Below, piece by piece: positions 38,847 through 52,794 of a stretch of DNA of 64,000 bases (the first letter of the stretch is position 1; each line of letters opens with the position of its first letter). Origin of the DNA: Piromyces finnis finn (taxonomy: Eukaryota; Fungi; Neocallimastigomycota); contig MCFH01000054.1 of NCBI GenBank assembly GCA_002104945.1, positions 124,001 to 188,000 on the forward strand, read 5' to 3'. The notes beneath the pieces are model-generated. The model was not told the origin of the DNA and ran no database searches. It saw only the letters and a program-made list of their open reading frames with translations. A program made the translations under genes and the position numbers.

Positions 38847-40370
38847 ATGAGTGGATTTATTGGTATTGACTTAGGTACTACTTATTCATGTATTGCTATT
38901 TATAGAGATGGTCATGTAGAAGTTATTGCTAATTATCAAGGACATCGTACAACACCTTCTTGTGTTCAAATTAATGGTGATTAAATTTTAATTGGAGAAG
39001 CTGCTATCCAAATAAATAAAAGAAATCCGCAAAATACAATTTTTGATGTAAAACGATTAATGGATCGTAATTTTAATAATACAGAAGTTCAATCTAATTT
39101 AAAACATTGGCCTTTCAAAGTTATTGAAAGAAATGGAAAACCTTTTATTCAAGTTGAATATGAAGGTGAAACTAAGGAATTTATCCCAGAACAAATATCT
39201 GCCATGATTCTTTCTAAATTAAAAGATTATGCTCAAGATTATTTAGGCGAAGAAGTAAAAGATGTTGTAATCACCGTTCCTACTTATTTTAATGATGCTC
39301 AACGTCGAGCGACCGTGGATGCTTCTAGGATCGCTGGTTTAAATGTTTTACAAATTATAAATGAACCCATTGAACGAGTTTTTTCATATACCGATTTAGA
39401 CGAATTGGATATTGATAAAATTATGTTAGTTGGTGAACCCACCCGAATTCCAAAAATCCAACAATTGGTCACCTCCTATTTTGATGGGAAAAAATTAAAC
39501 AAGACAGTTAATCCGGATGAAGCGGTTGCATGTGGAGCAATTCTTCAACAAGCTACTCTTTCTAGTGATCAATCAGAATCTATTAAAAATATAAATTTAC
39601 AAGATGTTACGACATTTTCCATTGGCATTGAGGATAGCAATGGTTATATGAATATTATTATTGAACGTAATTCCAGTCTTCAAATTAGTAGAACTCTATT
39701 TTGTACAACAAATGAGAATAATCAAAATTCAGTATATATCAGTATATATGAAGGAGAAGAAAGGTATGTAAGAGATAATTTTTTATTAGGTGAATTTATA
39801 TTAGAAGGAATTACGGAAGCACCGTGTGGAGAAACATTAATAGAATTAACAATAGATATTGATAAAAATGGAATTATTAATGTTTCTGCAGTTGAAGAAG
39901 GTACTGGTCTATCTAGAAAGCTTACCATCAAAGAAGAATGTAAAGAAAGGGATAAAATATTACAAGAATCTATTTTTTCTTATTTTGATGAAAAAAAATT
40001 AAAGAGAACTATTAATCCAGATGAAACAGTTGCATATAAAGCAACGCATCAAACAGCGAATCAGTCAAGTGATATAATTACTAAACATAATGCACCTATT
40101 TCAGAAGAAAAAGAAAAAAAAGATATGGATTCAAGTAAAATAATTGAAGAAAGTAAAGAATTTTTATATGATCTTCAATTTTATGCTTTTAACCTTCTTT
40201 ATCGTATTAAAGAAACTGATATAAATGATGAAACTAAAACAAATACATTATCTATTCTTATTGATTCTGTTCTTACGTGGATTGGAAGTAATAAAGTTAA
40301 TATTACTAAAGAAGAGTGTGAAGAAAGAAAAAAGATATTACAAGAAAACGCTAATAATCTATTTTTGTAA
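38847..40370 (+). pseudogene. HSP70: Hsp70 copy D: pseudogene with early TAA, 420-bp NBD deletion and fused duplicated segments
   Basis: ATG at 38847 and in-frame TAA at 38982-38984. IINEP joins directly to IERV. SYFDxKKL..T.NPDE.VA and KEEC.ER.KILQE each occur twice. Confidence 0.88.
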
Positions 40371-41030
40371 TATTTAGATTAAAAAATATTATATACCTAT
40401 TTTTCATAATTACTTTTTTTTAAAAAAAAAAAAAAAAAAATAATTAGCTATCGTTGTTTCATTATTCTCTCTTTTTTATATTAATTTTTATCTATTTATT
40501 ATAATATTCTTTTATATATAAATAAATGAAATAAATAAATAAATGAATAAAATTATAATTATAAATAAAATATCTCAAAATACTTTAAAAGATATTGCAA
40601 ACTACATCACCATTTCAAGTATTGTAATATTTTATTAATTTTTAAAAATAGATTATTGAATTAAAAATTATTAGATACTTTTATATATTATCTTTTAAAT
40701 ATTTATTGTTCCAATGTTGTTTGTGATAGTTTAATGATTATATTTATAATTATTCATTATACCCTAATACTTTAATAATACAATATATTTAATAATATAA
40801 AAATATCAGCATTAAATATATTCTTTTATTAAAGCCATCATAAGTCATAAAATAATAAACTGGGAAAAAGAGTGTCGAGCCTTAGATCTAATTCTTAACT
40901 CAACCGATCAATTTTAAATGATCCATAAAATATGGAGATGCATAGATAATGTTTTAGTTATTCATAATTTATAAGAAAATATTCGTTTATGCAAGTTTTA
41001 GTAATACTTATATATATTTATAAATAAATA
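40335..41030. repeat. Rearranged copy of the inverted-repeat spacer and inner-arm sequence
   Basis: 40335-40650 is approximately the reverse complement of 31101-31410; 40640-40820 matches 31409-31590 directly; 40885-41030 matches about 30935-31075 directly. Confidence 0.85.
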
Positions 41031-41929
41031 ACATATTAGCAACTTTTAATAATTCAACTTTTCTCTATTTCCTGCTTTCAATAAAGTTTATAAAAAGCTA
41101 TAATAAAGTGATTACTATTTCTAAACTAATTTTTTTTAATCATTGCCATTTTTTATTTCTTCTTTTTAATTCTTCTACAAATTTATTAAAAAAAATAAAA
41201 AATAAAAAAGAGGATATATAAATAAAAATTATTCACATTTTAATTAAAATTCTATTTTTATAAACAATTAGATTTTTTATTTATTTATTTAATTATTTAT
41301 TTTATTATTTATATATAATTTTGGATAAATAGATAAATAGTTGTTATTAATAATAATTTAATATACTTTTTGATAGATATATGTTTATATATTTATAAAT
41401 AATGTTTCAATAAAAGAAACATTTTTATGCTAATGTTTTATATAAAAGATATTTGTGATAAATGTTAATAGATATTTTTTATATAATTTATATATAGTTT
41501 GAATATTTGTGGTATTATAATTATTTCATTATATTTTTTTTATAAAATATTATAACTACGTAGATATTTATTTCTTATTTATTGATAATAAGAAATTTAA
41601 ATTTTTTTTTTTCATTTTTTTTTACATACAAATAATAATATTAATAATAAAAAGAATATTATTATTATCATTTTACTTAATGTTATAAATATATTATGTT
41701 ATCCGATATTATAAAGTTTTTTTTTGTTTTTTTTTTTTTCATTGCTTAGCTTGTTTTATATTTTATATTTTTTATATGATAATATAAAAATATATAAAAT
41801 AAATATTATTAATCAATTAATAATATTTTCCCTTTGACAAGTTACAAATAACAAAGGTTTTTTATATATTGATATATATATTATTAATTGTTTTATTTTT
41901 TTCATAACTTGATAAACTTCCTTTTATGC

Positions 41930-44900
41930 TTAAAATTTGTTTTCAATTAATGCACATCTGTAGTAGAAATCGTTGACATATTCACATCTAAATCCCTCTT
42001 CACAGCATGGAGAGGCATCAGGATAATTCAAACCACCACATGGATAATATCTTTTTGTTATAGATTCACAAACTTCTGGAGTAGGAATGATTGTGGAATT
42101 AGCAGTTGTAGTTGTAGTAATAGTTTTAACTTTAGTAGTAGTGGTGGTAGTAGTGGTAGTAGTGGTAGTGGTAGTTTTTGTTTTTGTAGTTTTTGTTTTT
42201 GTAGTTTTTGTTTTTGTAGTTTTTGTTTTTGTAGTAGTAGTTGTTGTAGTTGGTTTTTCAGTAGTAGTAGTTGTTGTAGTTGGTTTTTCAGTAGTAGTAG
42301 TTGTTGTAGTTGGTTTTTCAGTAGTAGTAGTTGTTGTAGTTGGTTTTTCAGTAGTAGTAGTTGTTGTAGTTGGTTTTTCAGTAGTAGTAGTTGTTGTAGT
42401 TGGTTTTTCAGTAGTGGTAGTAGTAGTAGTTGGTTTTTCAGTTGTAGTAGTTGTATTTGAAACTTCTTCTTTGTATGGAACGCACATGTAGTAGAAAATA
42501 TTTTGATATTCACATCTGTATCCCTTTTCACAACAAGGAGAGGCATTTGGATAATTAAGTCCACCACATGCATAATAACCTTTAGTATAGCTAGTACATA
42601 CTTCTGGAGTTGGTATAACTGTAGAAGTTGTTGTTGTTGTCTTTGTTTTAGTAGTAGTGGTAGTAGTAGTAGTCTTTGGTTTTTCAGTAGTGGTGGTAGT
42701 AGTTGTGGTCTTTGGTTTTTCAGTAGTAGTGGTAGTAGTTGTGGTCTTTGGTTTTTCAGTAGTGGTAGTAGTGGTAGTAGTAGTCTTTGGTTTTTCAGTA
42801 GTGGTGGTAGTGGTAGTAGTTGTGGTCTTTGGTTTTTCAGTAGTAGTGGTAGTAGTTGTGGTCTTTGGTTTTTCAGTAGTGGTAGTAGTGGTAGTTGTAG
42901 TCTTTGATTTTTCAGTAGTAGTGGTAGTAGTGGTGGTCTTTGGTTTTTCAGTAGTGGTGGTAGTGGTAGTAGTAGTCTTTGGTTTTTCAGTAGTGGTGGT
43001 AGTGGTAGTAGTAGTCTTTGGTTTTTCAGTAGTGGTGGTAGTGGTAGTAGTAGTCTTTGGTTTTTCAGTAGTGGTGGTAGTGGTAGTAGTAGTCTTTGGT
43101 TTTTCAGTAGTGGTGGTAGTGGTAGTAGTAGTCTTTGGTTCTTCAGTAGTAGTGGTGGTAGTAGTGGTAGTCTTTGGTTCTTCAGTAGTAGTGGTAGTAG
43201 TGGTGGTATTTACTTTACAAGAATATGGAATTAAACACCAATCATCTTCAAAACCCCATAGATAATTATCCTCGAATGTAATTGTACAGGTATTCTTACA
43301 ACATTTATAATTTTCAAATCTTGGACAACGTTGAAGATCAGTGATACCACACCATTCGTTATTTTCTATACCCCATTCTTTTCCATCTTTTGTTGGAATA
43401 ATGGTAGTTTTTTCATCTTGACAACATTGATAACCTTCTTTAAGAGACCAACATTCCTCTTTTATGTAACACCATTGACCATATTCTATACCCCAATTAC
43501 CTGATCTATCTGACATTATAACTGTAGTGGTGAAAACACAACATGGATAACCAGAATTGTTACAGCCACCATTCTTTTCATCATATTCAATAATATCAGT
43601 CTTATAATTTTTGTAATCCAAGTATTCAGCAGCATAACTACAATCTAAATTATAGTTTTTACAAGCAAATTGGAATCTATTTAAAATCCAATACTTTAAA
43701 CCCATAATTTCTTCTGTATAATAATGGATACTACTTGTATACTTGTTAAGTCTAATGGTTGTGTATTCGGTATTATGATCGAAATCATCATAACTGAAAT
43801 AATCTTCAATTTTTATGTTCACTCTCTTTATTCTACCTGGTAAATTATCATCCTTTCCTGGAGTACGATCTTCTTTAATGTATGGAGAAATGAATTTCTT
43901 TAATTCATCAATACGAGGGAAGAGAATTTTTGGATTGAAAATCTTTCTCATATATTCATCAATGTAAGATATAAGTTCTTTATTATTATCATCTAATTTA
44001 AGAATAGTATAAAATGGATGTTTTTTATCTACTAGGTTTTCAATATATTTTGAAAATGATTTACGAGGTTCAAGACCTTTAAAAGCACCAAATTCACTAT
44101 CAAAATCATACAGTAATGGAATCCATGTATCTTTTCCTGAGACAGGATCATGGAATCTATATAAAGCTTGATTATGAGCATTAGTATTATGATCCCAAGA
44201 GCCAAATAAATATTTAAGGGCTTGCCATTTTATATAAGTTTTAACATCAAAGAATTCTTCGAGATCTTCTCTTGTCTTGACGGTTTCTAAACGTTTAAGA
44301 AAATCATTCCAGTCTTGATCAACTACAATTTCTTCATCATCATTTACACAGTTAAAGAAACGGTTTATTTCAGTATTATCACAAGTATACAAGTGTTTAG
44401 TAGATTTTTCACCAAAAGTATATTCAATCCATTGAGATTTGTAAGCATCTCTTAAAGAATATAAACCCATAAATTCATCATTAAGGTAAAAACGAGCAAA
44501 ATTAGATGAAAGTGATGGTAATTCTAAAATATTACAAATATCATAAGCTAATTTTTCTCTAAGGAAAGATGGATCAACAGCTTCTGAACGTAAACGTAAT
44601 TGTTTTCTATCGAAAAGAAGACCCTTTTTTATTTTAATATTATATCCTAATTTCTCAAAATTCTTGGTATATTTACCTCCTACAGCAAATTTAATTTTTG
44701 GTAAATCATTAACATCCCTAAAATATATAGATATAATAAATGAAAAATATTATAATTATTATATATTATTATTTCATTATAAATATTAATTTTTTATAGT
44801 AACTATTATGATATCCCAATTTTTACAAATATTATAAACTTTTTGTATCTATTTATTATAATAGATACAATTATATCTAATATTTTTCTTATCGTCTTTT

Positions 44901-45621
44901 TTTTTTTATTATTAAATTAAGGAATAATAAGTAATAATAATAATAATCCTAAAAAATATTTGTTTTTTTTTTTTTTTTTAAATTTACCCATCAATATCAA
45001 ATGTCATGCCAGCATTTTCAGTTTCAAAAGTTGGGAATGAAATTAAATTAAATTCACTAGAAAAGACATCTTCCATGGTGTAATTAGTGTAAGTACTAAA
45101 AATGTGTTTAATATCAGACAATGTCATATTTCTATTATTAATTATTTCGATATCTTGTTTAGTAATATCTTTTTTTGATAAAATATTTATTTTAAAAGCG
45201 TTATCCATAATGTTATCATAATTAACCCATGAAGCAGAATAACATTCTTCATTTCTAATTTTATATCTAACATTTGTATCATACATACATTGATAGATAA
45301 GTTTGAATTGATGATAATCTTCATCATTAATATTTATATTAATTTTTGGCATTTTAAAATCACTATTTTCAAATAATTTAGCTCTGGAAACATCTCCAAA
45401 ATAAGCATCCTTAGCAAAGGTACTGCCTAAAACTAAAAATAGTTGAACATGAATAAAAATGAATGAGTAAAGAATTTTTTTTTAATGATTATCATTTAAA
45501 ATCATAAAAATTATTTTAAAGTAAATATATATTCTATAATATATTTTTTATTTTTTCTTTTTCTTTAATTAAAATACTTTATTTACTTACAAGACAATAA
45601 TAAAAGACCAAGCTTCTTCAT
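41930..45621 (-). CDS. cotH: CotH-family secreted kinase with 3 dockerins, Thr-rich repeat linkers and two CBM1-like modules, 3 exons
   Basis: Exons 45621-45591, 45432-44988 and 44717-41930 join in frame, with the same intron positions as the 22167 gene. After the dockerins come (T6-8EKPK)n linkers and two CGGLNYP..SPCC..G..C.Y.N.FYY.C modules. Confidence 0.92.
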
Positions 45622-47453
45622 TTTTAAATAATAATATTTATTTTACTTTTAATTTATAAATATATGGTATGTTTTTGTTATTTAATATTATAAAAATTAT
45701 ATAATATTTTAGGTAAAGGTGTTGTATATATGTATTTTCTTTTTTATTTAAAGAATATATATTTTTATAAGTTTTTTAAATAATGTTTCAAAATTATAAA
45801 CCTATATATTCTTTTAAATATAACTTTTTTATTATTAATAACAATTATTTTTTTTTAAAAAAAAATTCTTTTTTTCCTAGCAAAAAAGAACCCTTTTTTC
45901 TTTTTTTTCTCTTTTTTTTTTTCTTAAAAAATAAAAGATTAAAAAAGGGAAACGAAAAGGGAAAGCCTTTTTCTTTTTATATGAAAATAGAAAAAGAATG
46001 AATTTTATTAATAAATTTTAATTCCTATTTTTTTAAATAAAAATTAAAATAATAAAATAAGCATGCTTATGCTGTGTTGTGATATTTTAATAATTAATAA
46101 AGTTTTTTCATTAAAAATAAAAACAATTTAAATTTTTAATTAAAAGTAAATTTATTCACTTAATTAATATTTAATATTTATTTATTTTATTAAATATTTA
46201 TTCATTTATTAATTATTGGGGTCATCATGGTTCTTCCTAAAAATTGGCATCAAGCCTTTATGGTAAAAAAAGCATATTGATCAAAAAAAACTGAATTTTT
46301 ATAATATATAAAGTTTATAAAATTTAATAAAGCCGTTTTTCTTTTCTCTTTTAATATTATTATTATTATTTGTTACTTTTTTATTAAAAATTAATCAAAA
46401 AAATAAATGAATTAATTTATTTTCCTATTAATTTATTTATATATTATTTTATATATTCATTTACTTATATTAATAATTTATTTAAATAATTATTGATTCA
46501 TTCATTAAAATTTGGTGATAAACCTTTTTATCAAGATTTGTGTTACATTTAATATAGACTAAATTAATTTATTCCAATACATTTAATATAAAATAAATTA
46601 AATTATTTTAATTTATTTACTTAACAAAAATGCTATTGTATACTATTATCTTTTTATCTTTTATTAAATATAAATTAAATTACGAAACTTTATTTAATAT
46701 ATTTTATTAAAAATTCTACCACTTTTTTTTTTTAAACATTTTTTCATAAGTTTTGAGAAAAAAGTGTTATTTATCTAGAATTATTTATTATTAATAATAG
46801 TGGTAATAGTAATCATGGTGGTAATATTACTATTTTTATTAATTATCAAAGTAAAAAAAAAAAAAGAAATCTTTTAATAAAAAGCATTATCAGTTCATCA
46901 CCGTTTATCGATTGTTGGGTTGAAAAGAAATAACGAATAATAATAATTTTATATTTAAAAAGAAAAATGAATAATAAAAGAATTATTAAAAAATGAAACA
47001 AAAAATAAATTAAAATATTTTTCATATTTTGGTAGTACTGTGCTTAGTAAAATAAAAAAAAAAAAAAGGTAATTTTTGGGATGTTTTTCTTGTTTGATTC
47101 TTGAATATTTTATTAAAATTAAAAATAATAAACTAGTAAAATAGTAATAATAATAAAGGCATCATTTAATAATAATAATTGAAAAAGTCATCTTTTTATT
47201 ATAATGAATTTTATATCATACCATCATGATTATCAATGGATAATGTGACAAAGTTTTCAATAAATTAGTTTAATTTTTTATTATTAAATTTGTTACAGGA
47301 ATATAAGTCAAAATTAATAAAAGGCAATAATAATAATAACAACAAATAATAATAATAGGTAACATTTAAATAATAATAAATAATAATAACAGATAATAAT
47401 CATTTAATAATATATAATAGATATTAAATACTTTTAATATAATGTATATTTAC

Positions 47454-48040
<587 letters not shown>

Positions 48041-49904
48041 TAATATTATTATCTTTTATTTATATTATTTATATCATTTAAATGTTACCTATTATCAATA
48101 TTTGTTATTATTCTATTTATGTTATTATTACCTTTTTTAATATTAAATGTTTGAATAAAATATTGATATTTAATTTAATGTTTTACTCTTTAAACAATGG
48201 ACTTTTTTTATTTTTGGTTCAATACCGCAAAATTAAAAAAAAAATCTTTCTTTTATTTAATCCTAATGATTATTTACTTATAATGTATTTACTTATTTAG
48301 TGTTTTCTTTTTTTTTTTTTTTTTTTTTTTACTTTTATTATTCAATGTCTTTTTTTTTTTTTTTTGCCTTGTTTTCTTCACCATCACTTTCAAATTATTT
48401 TTCCCTCTTTCTACCAGCCAGCAACTTTTTTTTTTTTAATTTATTCAAATTAAAAAAGGAGCTCAAACATCAAAATGGGAACTTTTAATTTAGAATTAAT
48501 TAAAAAATTAAAAATAAAATTTTAAAAAGAATTTTTATGTTTATAATTATTGATTAATGGGATAATTATGATTAATAATTATTAGTAGTAGTTTATTAAT
48601 AGATTGGTAGGGTAATAGGTTAAGTATAAAGTTATTTTAATTAGTTATTAGTGTTTATTAGTTATTAATGTTTGTCAAAAAAAAAAAAAAGTTTAAAAAA
48701 ATATCAAAAAGAAAAGAAAAACGTCAACATTGGAAAGTGAGAGATTTTTAATTATTCTAAAATAGAACAAAAAAAAAAAGTACATTTTTTATATATCATC
48801 TAATTAAATTAAATAAATAAAATAATAATAATTAAATAAATAATAATCCTAATTAAATTAAATGAATAAAATAATAATAATTAAATAAACCATAATAATA
48901 AAATAAAGCATAGGCATAATATTAATGTGTTATTATTGTTAAATTAAATTAAATGAATATTTAAATAAATTATAATAAAAGTAAATGAATAAATAAAATA
49001 AATGATCTGTAAACTAAATTTAGTATTATTTTCAATTTATAGAATTTTAGAAAATGCTATTTAAAAAATGTTTAAAAACAAAAAATGTTAAGATTTTAAG
49101 TAGTTATTTAGTAGTGGTATTATGTATCATTTGGTTTTGTATTAATATTATAGCTATATTTAGTAGTAGTAATTAGTTTTATAAGAAGTAAATTTTTATT
49201 ATTATTAATGTTGTTGTTAGTATAAAGTTATTATTATTAATGTTATTGTTGAGAAAAAAAAAAAAAAAGTGTAATAGAAAGAAAGAGATGGCAATGATAA
49301 GTTGTTGAAAATAAAGTAGATCTTTATTATTATACATATAAAAATCACAATAAATAATGGGGGAAATATAATTATTTATTTATTGATAGATAGAATAGCC
49401 AAAAAAATAATAATTACTCTTTACTGATATAATGCAAAAAAAACATCAATATTTTCAAAAGGAAATTTTGAAAAAGAAAGAAATTTAAAAATGAATAATT
49501 TTAAGGCTTTCATTAAAACTTGATGCTTATAACTATTCATACTCAAAAAATATTCATAGTATAAAAAAAAAAAAAAAAAAAGATGATAAAAGTGTACATT
49601 AGTAGAAATATTTAAAATAAAAATAAATGCCATTTAAATGGGTGACAAAAAAAAAAAGACAACTATTAACATACAAGAGATAAAAATTGAACATTTTATA
49701 TTTTTTGATATAGACAAATAAGCAGCATAATCTGTAATGGATACATGAATTAAACATCAATGCTATTGAAATCAATAATTAAAAGGGATAAAGCATTGAG
49801 TTTTTTTTACTACGAAAAAAAAAAAAGAATCTAGTTTATTATTAAGTAGTCAAGATAATAGATGTTGTTTTAAAGAAGTCAGAGTGTTGATATCAAAAGA
49901 AATA

Positions 49905-49906
49905 TA

Positions 49907-49965
<59 letters not shown>
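49905..49965. repeat. (ATT)n microsatellite
   Basis: Perfect ATT run. Confidence 0.9.
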
Positions 49966-52794
49966 GAAATGAAACAGTTTCATTAATAAATAAAAGAAAT
50001 GAAAAAAAAAACCCATTATATCAATGAAATTAAAAAAAAAAGAGAGAGAGAGAAAGAAAGATCATTTCACCATTATATTCTTGTAAATAAGCAATCTTTG
50101 AAAAAACTGTTATAGATTGTATCATCGCAAGAATTAAATGTTTTGAAATTTTAAATGAATCTCAAAAAAAAAAAAAGAAAAAAGTAGTCATAATGAAGGT
50201 CAATTGGAAAATTAGCATTTCCACCATTATATGAACTATTTATAAAGAAAGAGTTAAAATACTTTAAAAAAATATCATTTTACAAAGATATTATGACGAT
50301 CTTTATAAAAAGCTCTATTCTTTTAAAAACTAAAATGACAAAAAATGTTTAAAGTAAAATAAAACAAAAACAAAAAAAAAAAATTAACGGATGACCGTTG
50401 TTGTGATTTTTACCATAAAAGGAAAAATCTTGTTGGAAAGAAAATTTTAAAATCATGAAAAATAAATTTGCCTTTAATAAAAATGAAAGATTTACTTTGA
50501 AAAAAAAAAAAGTTGAAGTTGTTGGAAAAGGATTCAACAAAAGAAAAAAAGAACAAAATTAATTGAAATTACTTTTCATTTCAAGATGAATAAAGAGAAT
50601 ACATATAATTTTAAAAGAATGAAAAAAAAAAAAAAAGAAAGATTTGTTTTTTTTATTTGATGAAAAAATTATTATCAAATTATGAATGAAGATAATACAC
50701 CTCTATGAAGAAAGAAAAGTTTTATAATAATATGCATCATTATAAAATAAAAGATGAAAAATAAAAAAAAAAAAAAAAAACCTATTTTATAAAATTATGT
50801 GACTTTAATAAGGGTTAGTTTTTATGTAAAAAGAATTATAAATTTTATTTTTTTTCTCTCTCTTTAAATAGTAAATTATTTCTATTCTTTTTCGTATACT
50901 ATACTAGACTTTTACCAAGAATCTTTTTTAATACTAGATATTCGTATATTCTCTACAATGTTTATGACTAAGGAGACTTTCTAATTGTTGAAGGATATGG
51001 ATCATACATTTATATTATTACATTCACATTACACATACATTCTTTTACATAATTAAAGATTTTCATTTATTATTATTTTGACAGAGTAATTTAAAGATAT
51101 ATTGTATAATCCATTATCCTATTTATGTTATCTATGTCTATATTGTCTTTTTAATGTATAAAAATCATTAATTAAATAATATAGATGATTTATTTTTATT
51201 TTTATTTTGGTTAATAAAGATCGTAATAATGACAAATGTCAAAAAAAAAAAAAAAAAACAAGTCATTAATAATATAGAAATCATTAATTATTCTACCCAA
51301 AATAAAATATAATCTAATAATAGGTAACAAAAAAAAAAAAAAAAAAAACCCATATTATATTTGGATGAATACTCGAGATCTTTAATACTACATTTATTAC
51401 ATATATATATGTTAAAATAAGAATTAGAAACCTTTCCGGAACATTTTTTATAATATCTTAACTCTATTAACCATGTAGTATTATAATTTAAAAAAAAAAA
51501 AAAAAAAAAAAAAGAAATTGAATAATATTTTACAATATTTGAATACAAAATAGTATTAGGGTAGGGGATAATATCTTGAATAGAATGAAATGATGTAAAC
51601 TTTGTATTATACGTTTTTATATCTATCATTCCGTAAAAATCTACTAATATAATACACTTTATTAATAATATCACCCCGTCCTTTAGTTTTTATTATTATC
51701 TAATAGTATTAATAAATAACAAAAAAAATGTATATAATATTAATAATATTATTAATATTATATAATATGTAGTAGTAGAATAATTAAGGATATTTCAAAT
51801 TGATATATAATTAAATATGTTATGAAAAAGTATTTACAATCTTCCAAATAAATAGCTATACTTTACAATGATATTTATATATCATGGTATCTTTTTTTTT
51901 TACAATGTCATTTTCATTTATAAATATTAATTAATAAAAAGGAATAATATATCAATTTGAAAGTAGATAGCATAGTGAATATTTTTTTCAAACAATTATT
52001 TTCAATCTTTCATGGATTATCAACCCATTTTTTTTTTATTTTTTATTTTAATATTTTTGGGATCAATAATTTTTATTGGCCAAAATTGGCCATGATCTAT
52101 AAAAATAACAAAAAAATTTTTTTATAATAAAAGCTTTAAAACAAAGCTTTTTTATTATTGAAAAGTTAAAAATTAATATTTTTTTTTTCTTTTCTTTTAT
52201 TTTATTATTATTGTTCTTTTTCTATTTAAAAAAAAAAAAAAAACAATTGAAATTGTTATAGTTGAAAAGAATAATTTTCAATAAAAAAGGAAAACAATAT
52301 AAAAAAACAATAAAATCAATATTAATAATAAATAATAATAAATAAAAATTATTCTTTAAAACAAACATTTGATAGTTGTTCTTTAATAAAAAAATATAAA
52401 TAATTGATTTATTTATATAGAAATATACAAGATATTCTCTTTCTATCTTTCTTTTTTTTTTTTTTTTTTTAATAAAAAGTAGTATTTAGGTAAAAAAAAA
52501 AAAAAAAGGTATTCAACTAATTATCTGGAATAATTACAAAATTATATATATATATTTGCATAACAAACGTCTTAAAAATCTGTAAATATCAAAAAATAAT
52601 AATTCAATTATATTATAATAAATAATAATAAAAAAGAAAATAAATAAATAACAACAACAACAATAACAAAAAAAAAAAACAAAAAAAAAACAATAGTTTT
52701 TATATATAAAAATATATTAATTTCAAATATAATAAATTCAACTGAATAAATTTTTTAATTTCAATATTGTAGTTTATAAAAAAAAAAAAAAAAA

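Larger units (their letters stand above)
36690..38961 (+). repeat. Direct duplication of ~32420-34672 (offset ~4.27 kb)
   Basis: Repeats GST exons 2-3, the SBD remnant, the Hsp70 upstream region and the first ~38 Hsp70 codons, with scattered SNPs. Confidence 0.92.
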
